Positions 1 through 9,061 of a stretch of DNA of 32,000 nucleotides are shown one piece after another (position 1 is the stretch's first letter; every line of letters begins with the position of its first letter). The stretch comes from Synechocystis sp. PCC 6803 substr. PCC-P (GTDB taxonomy: Bacteria > Cyanobacteriota > Cyanobacteriia > Cyanobacteriales > Microcystaceae): the NCBI RefSeq assembly GCF_000284455.1, contig NC_017039.1:240001-272000 (forward strand), read 5' to 3'. The position numbers and the translations under genes were made by a program. The notes under the pieces were generated by a model, which ran no database searches, was not told the origin of the DNA, and saw only the letters and a list, made by a program, of their open reading frames with translations.

Positions 1-198
1 ATCCACCCGTTGAGTTACCACAAGGGTTTTGGGGTTAATGCCCTGGGGCAAATTGTCGGCGATCGCCCCTAGGTTAACGGGTGGCAAATTTTTGGAACCA
101 CCACTGGGGCTGAAATACCAAATCCCTGCCCCGATCAAACCCACCAGCATCAGGGCGGGGAAAAAGCCGCCGTTAGCTTTCGGTGACTTTTTAGTCAT
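1..198 (-). CDS. Hypothetical exported or membrane-anchored protein, N-terminal fragment (gene continues beyond window start)
   Basis: Absent from the supplied track because it runs off the edge. A reverse-strand ATG at 198-196 opens an uninterrupted 66-codon frame to position 1: MTKKSPKANGGFFPALMLVGLIGAGIWYFSPSGGSKNLPPVNLGAIADNLPQGINPKTLVVTQRVD. A basic N-terminus followed by a hydrophobic helix looks like a signal anchor or signal peptide. I prefer it to the + strand ORF 29-232, whose product is featureless and Pro/Gly/Arg-rich. Confidence 0.45.
   Translation of the reverse strand, partial: MTKKSPKANGGFFPALMLVGLIGAGIWYFSPSGGSKNLPPVNLGAIADNLPQGINPKTLVVTQRVD
59..66. repeat. HIP1 (highly iterated palindrome, GCGATCGC), one example of dozens of dispersed copies
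   Basis: Exact GCGATCGC at 59-66. Further exact copies that I located include 914-921, 8573-8580, 11117-11124 and 11762-11769, with many more throughout the window. This octamer's over-representation is a known hallmark of many cyanobacterial genomes. Confidence 0.9.
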
Positions 199-298
199 CC
201 TTCGTCGGGTTGACCGAGGTTGGGGACGGTAAGAACTCACGGTGTAATGAGCGTTGATTAACGCTGAAAAATTGAAGTTGACAAAACCAAGAAAAAAC

Positions 299-829
299 CT
301 AAGCGCCGACAAACTTGAGGGAAACACCGTTCATGCAATAGCGTTTACCGGTGGGCTGGGGACCATCATCAAAAACGTGACCTAAATGGCCGCCACAACG
401 GGCGCAATGAACTTCAGTGCGAGTCATGAAAAAGGATTTATCGACAGTGTAAGCCACAGCATTTTCCAAGGGAGCATAGAAACTAGGCCAGCCGGTGCCG
501 GAATTAAACTTGGTTTCGGAAGAAAATAAGGGAAGCTCGCAACCAGCACATTCGTAAGTACCTAAATCATAGTTTTTGTCCAGGGGGCTAGTACCAGCTC
601 TTTCCGTGCCATGTTTGCGGAGTACTTTATAGGCCTCTGGACTTAGTTGCTGTTGCCATTCTGCATCGGTTTTGGTGACTTCAAAAACTTCGTTTGTTTT
701 AGGCATGATTTGAGGTTCTAGTTCGGATTTAAGTTGGGGTTGGGATTGGTTGGTTGAATTTACATATTGAGCCAGCCAGAAAGCTCCCAAGGAGGCGGTG
801 CCCACTTCTAAAAGGTAACGTCTTTTCAT
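299..829 (-). CDS. msrB: Peptide-methionine (R)-S-oxide reductase MsrB with an N-terminal signal-like extension
   Basis: 176-aa ORF with an ATG at 829. It carries SelR/MsrB hallmarks: two Zn-binding CxxC pairs (CAGC, CARC), [17 protein letters not shown] and the catalytic RYCMNG. The first ~40 aa ([23 protein letters not shown]...) look like a twin-arginine or Sec signal. An in-frame Met42 (ATG at 706) would give a typical cytosolic-length enzyme. Confidence 0.9.
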   Translation of the reverse strand: MKRRYLLEVGTASLGAFWLAQYVNSTNQSQPQLKSELEPQIMPKTNEVFEVTKTDAEWQQQLSPEAYKVLRKHGTERAGTSPLDKNYDLGTYECAGCELPLFSSETKFNSGTGWPSFYAPLENAVAYTVDKSFFMTRTEVHCARCGGHLGHVFDDGPQPTGKRYCMNGVSLKFVGA

Positions 830-862
830 GGTTAAAGTTTGGATGGGTGAGGTACGGGAAAC

Positions 863-2047
863 TTAACTGGTGGGATTACGAAGTTGGGCCGTTTGTACGG
901 TTAGGCTTAAACGGCGATCGCCCCGGAGTAGGTCGAGTTTGAGAGCTTTGTTCAAACCGGCTTGTTCTACTATGCGCTGTAGGCGGGCACCATCGCTAAT
1001 GGGAGTACCGTCCACCGCCACAATGACATCTCCCCGACGGATACCGGCCCTTTCAGCGGGGGTTCCGGGCAAGACCCGCATCACCAAAATGCCATCCACT
1101 TCAGGAATGATAAAGGGAGAATTGGGATTGCGATTATTCTGCTGGGCTTGGTCCACCGTGATATTCATCATTTGCACCCCAATGTAGGGATGGGGCACTG
1201 TTCCCCCCGCAGCGAGGGTATTTTGAATTGCCTTGGCCTGATCTATCGGAATGGCAAAACCAATGCCAGTGGCATCGGCTCGGATGGCGGTGTTAATGCC
1301 AATCACTTCTCCCCGGGCATTGAGCAACGGGCCACCGGAATTGCCGGGGTTAATGGCGGCATCGGTTTGAATAAATTCCACCCGCTTATCGGGGATACCG
1401 GCCTGGGCGGCGGATCTTCCCAATGTGCTAATAATTCCTAGGGTAACTGTATTATCTAACCCCACCGGATTACCCACGGCGATCGCCCAATCTCCCACCT
1501 GCAGATTACTGGAAGTGCCAAGGGGAGCCACTGGTAGGGCAGAACCCTGGGGCTCAATTTTCACCACAGCCAAATCTGTCACTTCATCGGTGCCCCGCAC
1601 CTGGCCGTCGAAAGTACGGCCATCCCGGAGAGTCACCACCACTTTACTGGCACCATCTACCACATGGGCGTTGGTGAGAATAATGCCACTGTTGTCGATA
1701 ATGAAGCCACTACCCTGGCCGGCAATGCGTCTTTCCCGGGGAGGTACGGGGAAGGATCTACCAAAAAATTCCTGGAAGAATGGGTCGTCCAAAATGGGGT
1801 CAGTGCGACGGGTTACCACTGTCTCCGTATCGATGCGCACCACCGCTGGCCCAGAACGGGATACGGCCGCCGCCACAAAGCTTTCTGAGGTCAAGGGTAC
1901 CGATGCCTGGGCGGTAATCACAGGAGCCGGGGGCAAATCGTCCGCCGCCGCCACTGCATGGGGTAAATTGGCGATACCAAAAGCCGTGCCCACTGCAAAA
2001 GCCAATAAGTAACCGCCGATGCGGCGTAACCAAGTGGGATATTTCAT
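863..2047 (-). CDS. hhoA: Deg/HtrA-family periplasmic serine protease with a C-terminal PDZ domain
   Basis: The ORF is 863-2056; I prefer the ATG at 2047 (MKYPTWLRRIG...) over the TTG at 2056. It has an N-terminal signal peptide (LLAFAVGTAFGIANLPHAVAA), the trypsin-fold triad context TNAHVV ... D ... GNSGGPL, and a PDZ-like C-terminus (GILVMRVLPGTPAERAGIRRGDVIVAVDG). The hhoA symbol comes from recollection of Synechocystis gene order and is less certain than the family call. Confidence 0.88.
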   Translation of the reverse strand: MKYPTWLRRIGGYLLAFAVGTAFGIANLPHAVAAADDLPPAPVITAQASVPLTSESFVAAAVSRSGPAVVRIDTETVVTRRTDPILDDPFFQEFFGRSFPVPPRERRIAGQGSGFIIDNSGIILTNAHVVDGASKVVVTLRDGRTFDGQVRGTDEVTDLAVVKIEPQGSALPVAPLGTSSNLQVGDWAIAVGNPVGLDNTVTLGIISTLGRSAAQAGIPDKRVEFIQTDAAINPGNSGGPLLNARGEVIGINTAIRADATGIGFAIPIDQAKAIQNTLAAGGTVPHPYIGVQMMNITVDQAQQNNRNPNSPFIIPEVDGILVMRVLPGTPAERAGIRRGDVIVAVDGTPISDGARLQRIVEQAGLNKALKLDLLRGDRRLSLTVQTAQLRNPTS

Positions 2048-2398
2048 CGTCTCCAAATACGCATTAGCAAGGATTTACAGAAATTTTCACTTTTGCCATT
2101 CTAACAGGGACGATTTTACCTAAGAATCCGTTTTCAAAGCTTTTCCACGCCACTGACTTGTGGGCAATAGACTAGCCCAAGCAAACTTGGGGGCCGGAGT
2201 GGGAGTTGCCGAACGGTTTCTTGGGATGGATTGACTCAACCCCGGGTGGGCTTGAGTTTGCTGCGCCCCAGGCTAGTTTTTCTTGAGTTTATCCCCCGTG
2301 ATAGGCTGATGGGGGGAGGAATCAGCCAGTCTGGCAACCTGCTACGATCGCCTCCTACTAAACCGCCCTATTTACCTTTGCACGACTGCATTACCGCC

Positions 2399-3094
2399 AT
2401 GGCAGAACCCATTTCCCTATTGTTAGTTGATGATGAACCCGGTGTACGGGAATCCGTGCAGGCGTTCCTAGAAGATAGTGGTGATTTTAAGGTGGATTTA
2501 GCGGCCAATGCCACGGAAGCTTGGGATTATCTTCAGCACCATTTGCCGGCTTTGGTCATTTCCGACATTATGATGCCCCAGGTGGACGGTTATCAGTTTT
2601 TGCAAAAGCTCCGGGAGGATGCCCGCTTCCAGTCGTTGCCGGTGGTGTTTCTCACGGCCCGGGGGATGACTGGCGATCGCATTCAAGGTTATCAAACTGG
2701 CTGTGACGCTTTTTTATCCAAGCCCTTTGACCCCGATGAATTGGAGGCGATCGTCCGTAATTTATTAGCTCGTCAACAGGCCAGTAGCGATGCGGGCAGT
2801 GAATCGGCTAAGTTACAGGAAATTTACCAGGAAATCCGGGCTTTAAAGGAGCAAATTGGCCAACCCAGCGGTATCCACACCACTCCGTCGCCGATCAAGC
2901 TGGATTTTACCCCCAGGGAACAGAGCGTTTTAGATTTGGTTTCCCAGGGCTTAATGAACAAAGAAATTGCGGCCCAGTTGAAGACCAGTGTCCGCAACGT
3001 GGAAAAGTATGTCAGTCGTTTATTTACCAAAACTGGGACTAATAGCCGCACTGAATTAGTTCGTTTTGCCCTGCAACACGGCTTAACAGAATAA
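2399..3094 (+). CDS. rre1: NarL/LuxR-type two-component response regulator (REC + HTH)
   Basis: The track ORF starts at TTG 2231. The receiver domain begins directly at ATG 2399 (MAEPISLLLVDDEPGVRE...SDIMMPQVDGY...LTARG...KPF). The C-terminal LuxR-type HTH reads TPREQSVLDLVSQGLMNKEIAAQLKTSVRNVEKYVSRLFTKTG. The rre1 symbol is recalled from Synechocystis and unverified. Confidence 0.85.
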   Translation: MAEPISLLLVDDEPGVRESVQAFLEDSGDFKVDLAANATEAWDYLQHHLPALVISDIMMPQVDGYQFLQKLREDARFQSLPVVFLTARGMTGDRIQGYQTGCDAFLSKPFDPDELEAIVRNLLARQQASSDAGSESAKLQEIYQEIRALKEQIGQPSGIHTTPSPIKLDFTPREQSVLDLVSQGLMNKEIAAQLKTSVRNVEKYVSRLFTKTGTNSRTELVRFALQHGLTE

Positions 3095-3157
3095 CTATGA
3101 CAAGTTCGCAGCAATTATTTGGTTGAGCCAGTCTTTTTTGATTTTTCCCAAGGTACT

Positions 3158-4144
3158 ATGTCTGAAAATTTTGCAGTTGCTACGCCGGTGCGGGTCGGAA
3201 TTGTCGGTACTGGTTATGCGGCCCAACGTCGGGCGGAAGTTTTCCGGGGCGATCGCCGTAGTCAATTGGTTAGTTTTTGGGGCAATAGTGAAGCCAATAC
3301 AGCTAAATTTGCCGATACTTTTGGAGTTAGACCCCAGCAATCTTGGCAGGCATTAATTAATGATCCAGAGATAGATTTAGTGCTCATTGCCACCATTAAC
3401 CAACTCCATGGGGCGATCGCCGAGGCGGCATTGCAAGCCGGTAAACATGTGGTGTTGGAATATCCTTTAGCGTTAACCTATGCCATGGGCAAAAAACTAC
3501 AACAGTTAGCCCGGGAAAAAGGTAAATTACTGCATGTGGAACATATTGAACTATTGGGGGGAGTACACCAAGCCATTCGCCAGAACCTAGGCAAAATTGG
3601 TGAGGTTTTTTACGCCCGCTATAGCACCATCATGGGACAAAATCCCGCTCCCCAACGTTGGACCTATCACCATCAGCAATTTGGCTTTCCTTTAGTGGCG
3701 GCCTTGTCCCGCATCAGTCGGTTTACGGATTTATTCGGTACAGTACAGCAGGTGGATGCCCAATGTCGTTTTTGGGATCAGCCTAATCCGGAATATTTTC
3801 GGGCTTGTTTAGCCACCGCCTATCTCCAGTTTAATAATGGTCTTAAAGCGGAGGTTATCTATGGCAAAGGGGAAGTTTTTCACCAGAATGAACGGATTTT
3901 TACCCTCCATGGCGATCGAGGCACCTTAATTTTTGTCGGGGAAACAGGTAGGTTAATTCAGGGACAAACGGAAACTGAAATTACCGTTGGTAGTCGTCGA
4001 GGACTGTTCAGACAAGACACGGAAGCAGTGTTGGATTATCTAACCACTGGTAAGCCCCTTTATGTGGATTTAGAAGCTAGTTTATATGCTTTAGAAGTGG
4101 CGGATCTCTGTGCCCAAGCTTGTGGATATAAGGTTGAAAATTAG
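3158..4144 (+). CDS. bvdR: Biliverdin reductase (Gfo/Idh/MocA-type NAD(P)-binding oxidoreductase)
   Basis: ATG at 3158 (MSENFAVATPVRVGIVGTGYAAQRRAEVF) gives 328 aa. It has an N-terminal Rossmann GxGxxA motif and resembles the biliverdin reductase family. Length and position next to rre1 match my recollection of Synechocystis bvdR. The oxidoreductase fold is certain; substrate specificity is recalled rather than proven. Confidence 0.7.
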   Translation: MSENFAVATPVRVGIVGTGYAAQRRAEVFRGDRRSQLVSFWGNSEANTAKFADTFGVRPQQSWQALINDPEIDLVLIATINQLHGAIAEAALQAGKHVVLEYPLALTYAMGKKLQQLAREKGKLLHVEHIELLGGVHQAIRQNLGKIGEVFYARYSTIMGQNPAPQRWTYHHQQFGFPLVAALSRISRFTDLFGTVQQVDAQCRFWDQPNPEYFRACLATAYLQFNNGLKAEVIYGKGEVFHQNERIFTLHGDRGTLIFVGETGRLIQGQTETEITVGSRRGLFRQDTEAVLDYLTTGKPLYVDLEASLYALEVADLCAQACGYKVEN

Positions 4145-4159
4145 CGGAAATATCGGCAG

Positions 4160-4708
4160 TTAGCCAAACAAAAATTGGCAGATATAAACTGCTGAAAAAA
4201 TCCCCACTACATCGGCCGTCAGCCCGGCCAGAAGGGCATAGCGAATTTTTTTAATGCCCACTGAACCAAAATAAACCGCCAGTACGTAAAATGTGGTTTC
4301 CGTAGAACCAAACATGGTGGCCGCAGTTTTCGCAATCAAGGAATCGGGGCCATGTTGTTCTACCAAGTCAGCAAACAAACCAAAGGAACCACTGCCGGAA
4401 AGGGGACGCATTAGGGCCAACAGTAAGTTCTCCGGCGGAAAATTGACCAAACTCAACACTGGGCTAAGCACCGTCAGCAATAAATCCAGCATGCCAGAAG
4501 CCCGAAACATGGCGATCGCCACTAGCATAGCCACTAGGAAAGGAATAATCCTCACGGCAATGGTGAAACCTTCCTGGGCTCCGTCCACAAAAACTTCGTA
4601 AACTTTAACTTTTTTGACCACCAGGCCATAAAAGGGAATGCCACAGAGCAAAAAGGGAATAACATATTTTGCTCCAGCATTAAAAATATCAGCGACGGAT
4701 TCGAGCAT
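4160..4708 (-). CDS. spmB: SpmB-like integral membrane protein (nucleoside-recognition / Gate domain family)
   Basis: 182-aa polytopic hydrophobic ORF. It resembles spore-maturation protein B homologues (MRPLSGSGSFG, GSTETTFYVLAVYFG) and is paired with an SpmA-like gene immediately upstream on the same strand. Confidence 0.75.
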   Translation of the reverse strand: MLESVADIFNAGAKYVIPFLLCGIPFYGLVVKKVKVYEVFVDGAQEGFTIAVRIIPFLVAMLVAIAMFRASGMLDLLLTVLSPVLSLVNFPPENLLLALMRPLSGSGSFGLFADLVEQHGPDSLIAKTAATMFGSTETTFYVLAVYFGSVGIKKIRYALLAGLTADVVGIFSAVYICQFLFG

Positions 4709-4782
4709 TATTTTTCTATATCCTGGGGGAAGTAAAAAGCACTAACAATTAGTTCTTATAGTTTTTATATTTATCAAACAAG

Positions 4783-5394
4783 TTAATTAAATTCTTCTTC
4801 TGGTTCCACCGTAGCAGGCAAAGCAAATATCTTAAGTCGGGCTAAAAGTTTAGCTGCAATAATGGCTGTTGCCGTGGAACAAGTAGTAGCCAAAATTGTT
4901 GAGAAAAAAATGTCATTGGCCGCCGTCCCCATTAAACCCACCACCGTAGCAGGCAAAATTAATTGCACACTGGAAGTATTAATAGCTAAAAACATACACA
5001 TGGCATCGGTGGCGATACTTTTATTGGGATTGATTTCCTCCAACTCCTGCATCGCTTTTAAGCCCAAAGGGGTGGCCGCATTACCTAGTCCCAAAATATT
5101 GGCGGACATATTCAACACAATGGAACCGATCGCCGGATGCTCTGGGGGCACATCGGGAAAGAGTTTGATAGTGATGGGTTTAACCAGCTTGGCAATTAAT
5201 TCCACCAAGCCGGCCGCTTCAGCAATTTTCATCATGCCCAACCACAGGGCCATAATGCCAATCAAACCAATGGAAAGTTCCACCGCTGTCCCGGCACTTT
5301 CAATGGCGGCCTCCGTCACTGCTTCAATTTTGCCCGTCACCGTCCCGGCTATCACCGATAGCAAAATAATTGCAAACCAAATGTAGTTGAGCAT
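4783..5394 (-). CDS. spmA: SpmA-like integral membrane protein (nucleoside-recognition / Gate domain family)
   Basis: The ORF extends to GTG 5436. Family members typically start MLNYIW, which corresponds to ATG 5394; ATG 5418 is also possible. The protein is polytopic, with motifs LNMSANILGLGNAATPLGLKAM. Confidence 0.72.
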   Translation of the reverse strand: MLNYIWFAIILLSVIAGTVTGKIEAVTEAAIESAGTAVELSIGLIGIMALWLGMMKIAEAAGLVELIAKLVKPITIKLFPDVPPEHPAIGSIVLNMSANILGLGNAATPLGLKAMQELEEINPNKSIATDAMCMFLAINTSSVQLILPATVVGLMGTAANDIFFSTILATTCSTATAIIAAKLLARLKIFALPATVEPEEEFN

Positions 5395-5501
5395 AACCCC
5401 TAGGGTAAACTTCCCCATCCCAGACGGGGAAAGCACGAGCCTTGTTTCAATCGGGGTTACGCCAAGGCACTCCCAAATGCCCCAAACCTATGGGCTTGTC
5501 C

Positions 5502-7019
5502 CTAGTCTGTGTGGTAAATGCGCCGTCCGTAAAGCTCCGTAATGAAACTCAAATGCCCCGATAGCCAATCGTTGAGTTGGTCGGGATGGTAACGCCAACC
5601 CCAGTTGCCCGCCGCAGTGCCCGGTAAGTTCATGCGACAGTCACTACCCAAACCGAGGATGTCCTGGAGGGGAAAAATTGCTAGGGCCGCCACCGAACTG
5701 GACGCTAGGCGAATTAAGCTCCAATGGATACCTTCGTTGCACACACAGCCGAGGTAATTGATCACCTTTTGCTGATCATCCTCTGACCGTTCCTGAAACC
5801 AGCCCACGGTGGTGTCGTTGTCGTGGGTGCCGGTATAAACCACCGCGTTGCCATTGCTGTAGTTGAAGGGCAGAAAGGGATTACCCCGGTCGGAGTCAAA
5901 GGCGAAATGGAGCACTTTCATGCCGGGAAAGTTAAATTCATCCCGTAGCGCTTCCACTTCCGGAGTAATTACCCCCAAATCTTCGGCCACAATGGGTAAA
6001 TTATCACCCAGGGCTTTCCCTAGGGCTTGGAAAAATTCCTTGCCGGGGGCTGGATACCATTCGCCATTTTCAGCAGTTTTTTCCCCTTGGGGCACTCCCC
6101 AATAGGACTCGAAGCCCCGGAAATGGTCAATGCGGACAATGTCTAGATATTGCAGATTGGCTTTAAAACGCTTAATCCACCAGGCAAAGCCCGTAGCTTT
6201 GAGGGTTTCCCAGTCGTACACAGGATTACCCCAGAGTTGCCCTGTGGCACTGAAATAGTCCGGTGGTACCCCGGCCATCATGGCCGCTTCTCCGGTTTCC
6301 GGATCAAGGCAAAAGTTCTCTGGATTGGCCCAAACGTCAGCGCTATCGTGGGCAACGTAGATGGGTAGGTCCCCAAAAATGGCTATGTGCCGTTGGTTAG
6401 CGTAGGCTTTGACTTCCTGCCATTGGCGAAAACCAAGAAATTGCAAAAATTGATGGTATAAAACTTCCGTTTTCAGGCGATCGCCCCAGATTTTCAGGGC
6501 TTCCGGTTCCCGCCAGGCAATGTCCTTGTCCCATTGATGCCAACCGGCTCCATTGTGGGCTTCTTTGATGGCCATGAACAGGGCGTAATCTGCTAGCCAA
6601 TCACTTTGGGCTTGGCAAAATTCTGCAAATTCCTGCTCAATTGCTAGCTCTATGTTGGTACGGAACTGGGCAAAGGCCTGTTTTAAAACTTGGGATTTGT
6701 AGGCGATCGCCTGGTCATAATCCACCCTGGGGTTAGTAAATGGGGGGGCTTGGTCTAATAAACTCGGTGGCAAAAATCCTTCTTCAGCTAGGCGATCAAG
6801 GCTAATCAACCAAGGATTAATTGCTAGGGCAGAATAGCAAAGGTAAGGGGAATTGCCGAATCCGGTGGGGCCCAACGGCAATATTTGCCATACACTCTGG
6901 TCTGCGTCCGCCAAAAAATCGATGAACTGAAAAGCACCGTCCCCCAAGTCCCCAATGCCGAAACGACTGGGCAAGGAGGTGGGATGGAGCAGAATACCGC
7001 TACAGCGTTTATCTAACAT
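5502..7019 (-). CDS. malQ: 4-alpha-glucanotransferase (amylomaltase, GH77)
   Basis: 505 aa with typical GH77 signatures: GILLHPTSLPSRFGIGDLG at the N-terminus, WGNPVYDW, RIDHFRGF, IVAEDLGVITPEV and YTGTHDNDT. Confidence 0.93.
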   Translation of the reverse strand: MLDKRCSGILLHPTSLPSRFGIGDLGDGAFQFIDFLADADQSVWQILPLGPTGFGNSPYLCYSALAINPWLISLDRLAEEGFLPPSLLDQAPPFTNPRVDYDQAIAYKSQVLKQAFAQFRTNIELAIEQEFAEFCQAQSDWLADYALFMAIKEAHNGAGWHQWDKDIAWREPEALKIWGDRLKTEVLYHQFLQFLGFRQWQEVKAYANQRHIAIFGDLPIYVAHDSADVWANPENFCLDPETGEAAMMAGVPPDYFSATGQLWGNPVYDWETLKATGFAWWIKRFKANLQYLDIVRIDHFRGFESYWGVPQGEKTAENGEWYPAPGKEFFQALGKALGDNLPIVAEDLGVITPEVEALRDEFNFPGMKVLHFAFDSDRGNPFLPFNYSNGNAVVYTGTHDNDTTVGWFQERSEDDQQKVINYLGCVCNEGIHWSLIRLASSSVAALAIFPLQDILGLGSDCRMNLPGTAAGNWGWRYHPDQLNDWLSGHLSFITELYGRRIYHTD

Positions 7020-7116
7020 GCAAGCCTAGGAAGGAAAATCTCTTTCCAGATTTAACATATCCAACGGGCCAAGAAATGACTTTACTGGTTTTGGCGGCGC
7101 TACTGTCAAGATGTGC

Positions 7117-7569
7117 CTATAAACCCATGGGATCACAGCGAATTTCCACCTGAAAGCCATCCGGGTCATAAAAATAAATTCCCCGGCCCGTCGGCCTGGT
7201 CACGGGGCCCGATGCAATGGTCACTCCATGGGCTTCCAACACGGCGATCGCCTGGTCAAACTGTTCCGGGGCAATGTCAAACGCCAAATGATCGGTGCGA
7301 GTGAAGGATTGGTGGGGATCTACTGCCGGGGGAGATAAATTCGGTGTGGCAAACAGATCAATTACGGTGCCATCGGGGGTGATGAAATTGCTGACCTTTC
7401 CCTCTTCCACCATGGTTTTGAGGGTAAGGGGAATTTCTTCTCCCGCCAATGGTTTCAACCCCAAAATATGGCCGTAAAAGTGGCAGGATTTTTCCATATC
7501 TTTAACGTTCAAAGCAATGTGGTGCACACGCCGTAAACTACCCATAGGTAAACCAGAAGAAAGGGTCAT
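7117..7569 (-). CDS. VOC-family protein (glyoxalase / bleomycin-resistance / extradiol dioxygenase fold)
   Basis: 150 aa. The motifs HHIALNVKDMEKSCHFYGHILGL and HLAFDI ... GRGIYFYDPDGFQVEI are typical paired beta-alpha-beta-beta-beta modules with metal-ligand His/Glu positions. Substrate unknown. An alternative start exists at Met9 (7545). Confidence 0.75.
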   Translation of the reverse strand: MTLSSGLPMGSLRRVHHIALNVKDMEKSCHFYGHILGLKPLAGEEIPLTLKTMVEEGKVSNFITPDGTVIDLFATPNLSPPAVDPHQSFTRTDHLAFDIAPEQFDQAIAVLEAHGVTIASGPVTRPTGRGIYFYDPDGFQVEIRCDPMGL

Positions 7570-7618
7570 GGTGAGAGAAAGGGCTCAACGATCAACACTG
7601 TCCCTGTTTTAATGGTTG

Positions 7619-8713
7619 ATGGGCGGTTCTGCCAAATTTTTGTCGCCAACTTCCACTTCTCTTCTGCCTTTGTCTCAATCATTTCCACCCAATTTATCTA
7701 CTCCGTCCCAGCCTGACCAAACCATTGGGGAGTTAGGAGAACAAGCTCTGTTGGCCCAACTACAAAAATTTTCCCCGGCGGAGATAACGGGGGACGATGC
7801 CGCTGTGTTCGATTTACCCAACTCGGACTCCCTGGTAATCAGCACGGATATGTTGGTGGAAAATGTCCATTTTAGTGACCAAACCACCTCCGCTTTTGAC
7901 GTGGGTTGGCGGGGAGCAGCGGCCAATTTATCGGATTTAGCAGCCATGGGGGCCACACCGACGGGTATTACTGTGGCTTTGGCTTTGCCTCCCTCCACTC
8001 CGTTGGCTTGGATTTTAGACGTTTACAAAGGTTTGACGGCTTGTTTAGAGCCTTGGCGGACTCCAATTCTGGGGGGGGATGTTTCCCGATCGCCGCTTAA
8101 AACTATTAGCATTACGGTTTTGGGTCAAGTGCCCCAGGGTAAAGCCTTGTATCGTCACCAAGCCAAAGTGGGGGATTGGATTATTGCCACCGGCGACCAT
8201 GGAACGTCTAGAGCTGGCCTGGAATGTTTACTTCATCCGCACAAGACTGAGCATTTACCACCAGAACAAAAACTAATTTGGCAACGGGCCCATCAACGGC
8301 CCCAACCCCGCTTAGATTTAGTGCCCTCCCTTCTTAGCTTGGAAACGAGCATTGGCGCCATGGACAGCAGTGACGGCCTCGCTGATGCTGTATTGCAAAT
8401 TTGTCGGGCTAGTCAGATGGGAGCGGAGTTATGGGCGGAAAAACTCCCCATCCCCCAGGGGTTGACCGATTGGGTCGGTCTGGAAACTGCCAGGGAATGG
8501 ACTCTCTATGGCGGTGAAGATTTTGAATTAATCCTCGCGATTCCCCCTTTGGAAGCACAAAAATGGCTCATGGCGATCGCCTCTTTGGATTTATCCCCCA
8601 ACCGTTCTCCTCGAGTCATTGGTCAAATCACCAATGGGACTGAGGTGTTATTAGTGCTGGAGGAGGAAAGGGTAGAAAAATTATCTCTACAGCGGGGATT
8701 TCAGCATTTTTAG
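7619..8713 (+). CDS. thiL: Thiamine-monophosphate kinase
   Basis: AIR-synthase-related fold with ThiL signatures: IGELGEQALL, GDDAAVF, LVISTDMLVENVHF, GWRGAAANLSDLAAMGA, GGD and AMDSSDGLADA. The first ATG is at 7619, immediately after TTG 7616. Confidence 0.85.
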   Translation: MGGSAKFLSPTSTSLLPLSQSFPPNLSTPSQPDQTIGELGEQALLAQLQKFSPAEITGDDAAVFDLPNSDSLVISTDMLVENVHFSDQTTSAFDVGWRGAAANLSDLAAMGATPTGITVALALPPSTPLAWILDVYKGLTACLEPWRTPILGGDVSRSPLKTISITVLGQVPQGKALYRHQAKVGDWIIATGDHGTSRAGLECLLHPHKTEHLPPEQKLIWQRAHQRPQPRLDLVPSLLSLETSIGAMDSSDGLADAVLQICRASQMGAELWAEKLPIPQGLTDWVGLETAREWTLYGGEDFELILAIPPLEAQKWLMAIASLDLSPNRSPRVIGQITNGTEVLLVLEEERVEKLSLQRGFQHF

Positions 8714-9024
8714 TTTTGATAACATCTTTCGCTGCTAGATGCAAAAAAAGTTTAGTAAATTTCTACGAATCAGAGAAACTGATCTTGAAGAAGTGGTATT
8801 TTTTCAGACTTAGGCCAAAAAGTGTGAAGATAAATTACAATACTTATGGTATTTAAGTATTATTAAAAGCTTTTATGGATCAGCGTTATAACCGCTTTAC
8901 ACGTATCAGGTTGATTCGGAATGGGTTCTAGCCCGATAGAGAGATAAATATTAGCCCCCAGACTTGTTTTACTAAGTATTATTTAAATATCTACCAAAGG
9001 GATGATGGCAGAAGAATTTTGGTA

Positions 9025-9030
9025 TATAAT
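9025..9030 (+). promoter_or_regulatory. Candidate -10 hexamer (TATAAT) for the 9062 gene
   Basis: A perfect TATAAT lies 32 nt upstream of ATG 9062, within a 348-bp AT-rich intergenic region. I see no convincing -35, so the call is weak. Confidence 0.2.
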
Positions 9031-9061
9031 GCCGCCATGATCCAATTACCAAAATCCTCCC

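Noticed and set aside
29-232. 67-aa + strand ORF at the window start
   Set aside because: The product is Pro/Gly/Arg-rich with no motif. The opposite strand carries a better-looking open frame (ATG 198 to the window edge) with a signal-anchor-like N-terminus.
870-2033. Multiple 74-195 aa ORFs on the + strand, plus an out-of-frame 77-aa ORF on the - strand (1800-2033), all inside the Deg protease gene
   Set aside because: These are shadow or off-frame ORFs inside a strongly supported gene. The products are Arg/Ser/Thr/Pro-rich, as expected from reading a GC-rich gene in the wrong frame or strand. The same reasoning applies to 4293-4601, 4862-5386, 5863-6368, 7675-7998, 19854-20299, 20420-20735, 22474-22805, 23255-23770, 26749-28432 and 30573-31456.
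2231-2398. 56-codon N-terminal extension of the response regulator from TTG 2231
   Set aside because: The extension is low-complexity (GGGISQSGNLLRSPPTKPP). The receiver domain begins exactly at ATG 2399, so the extension is more likely 5' UTR or promoter of the divergent hhoA/rre1 region.
8882-8896. Near-palindrome AGCGTTATAACCGCT (core GTTATAAC perfect) upstream of paralog A
   Set aside because: It is short, imperfect and sits in very AT-rich DNA where such symmetry arises by chance. It is too weak to call an operator without conservation data.
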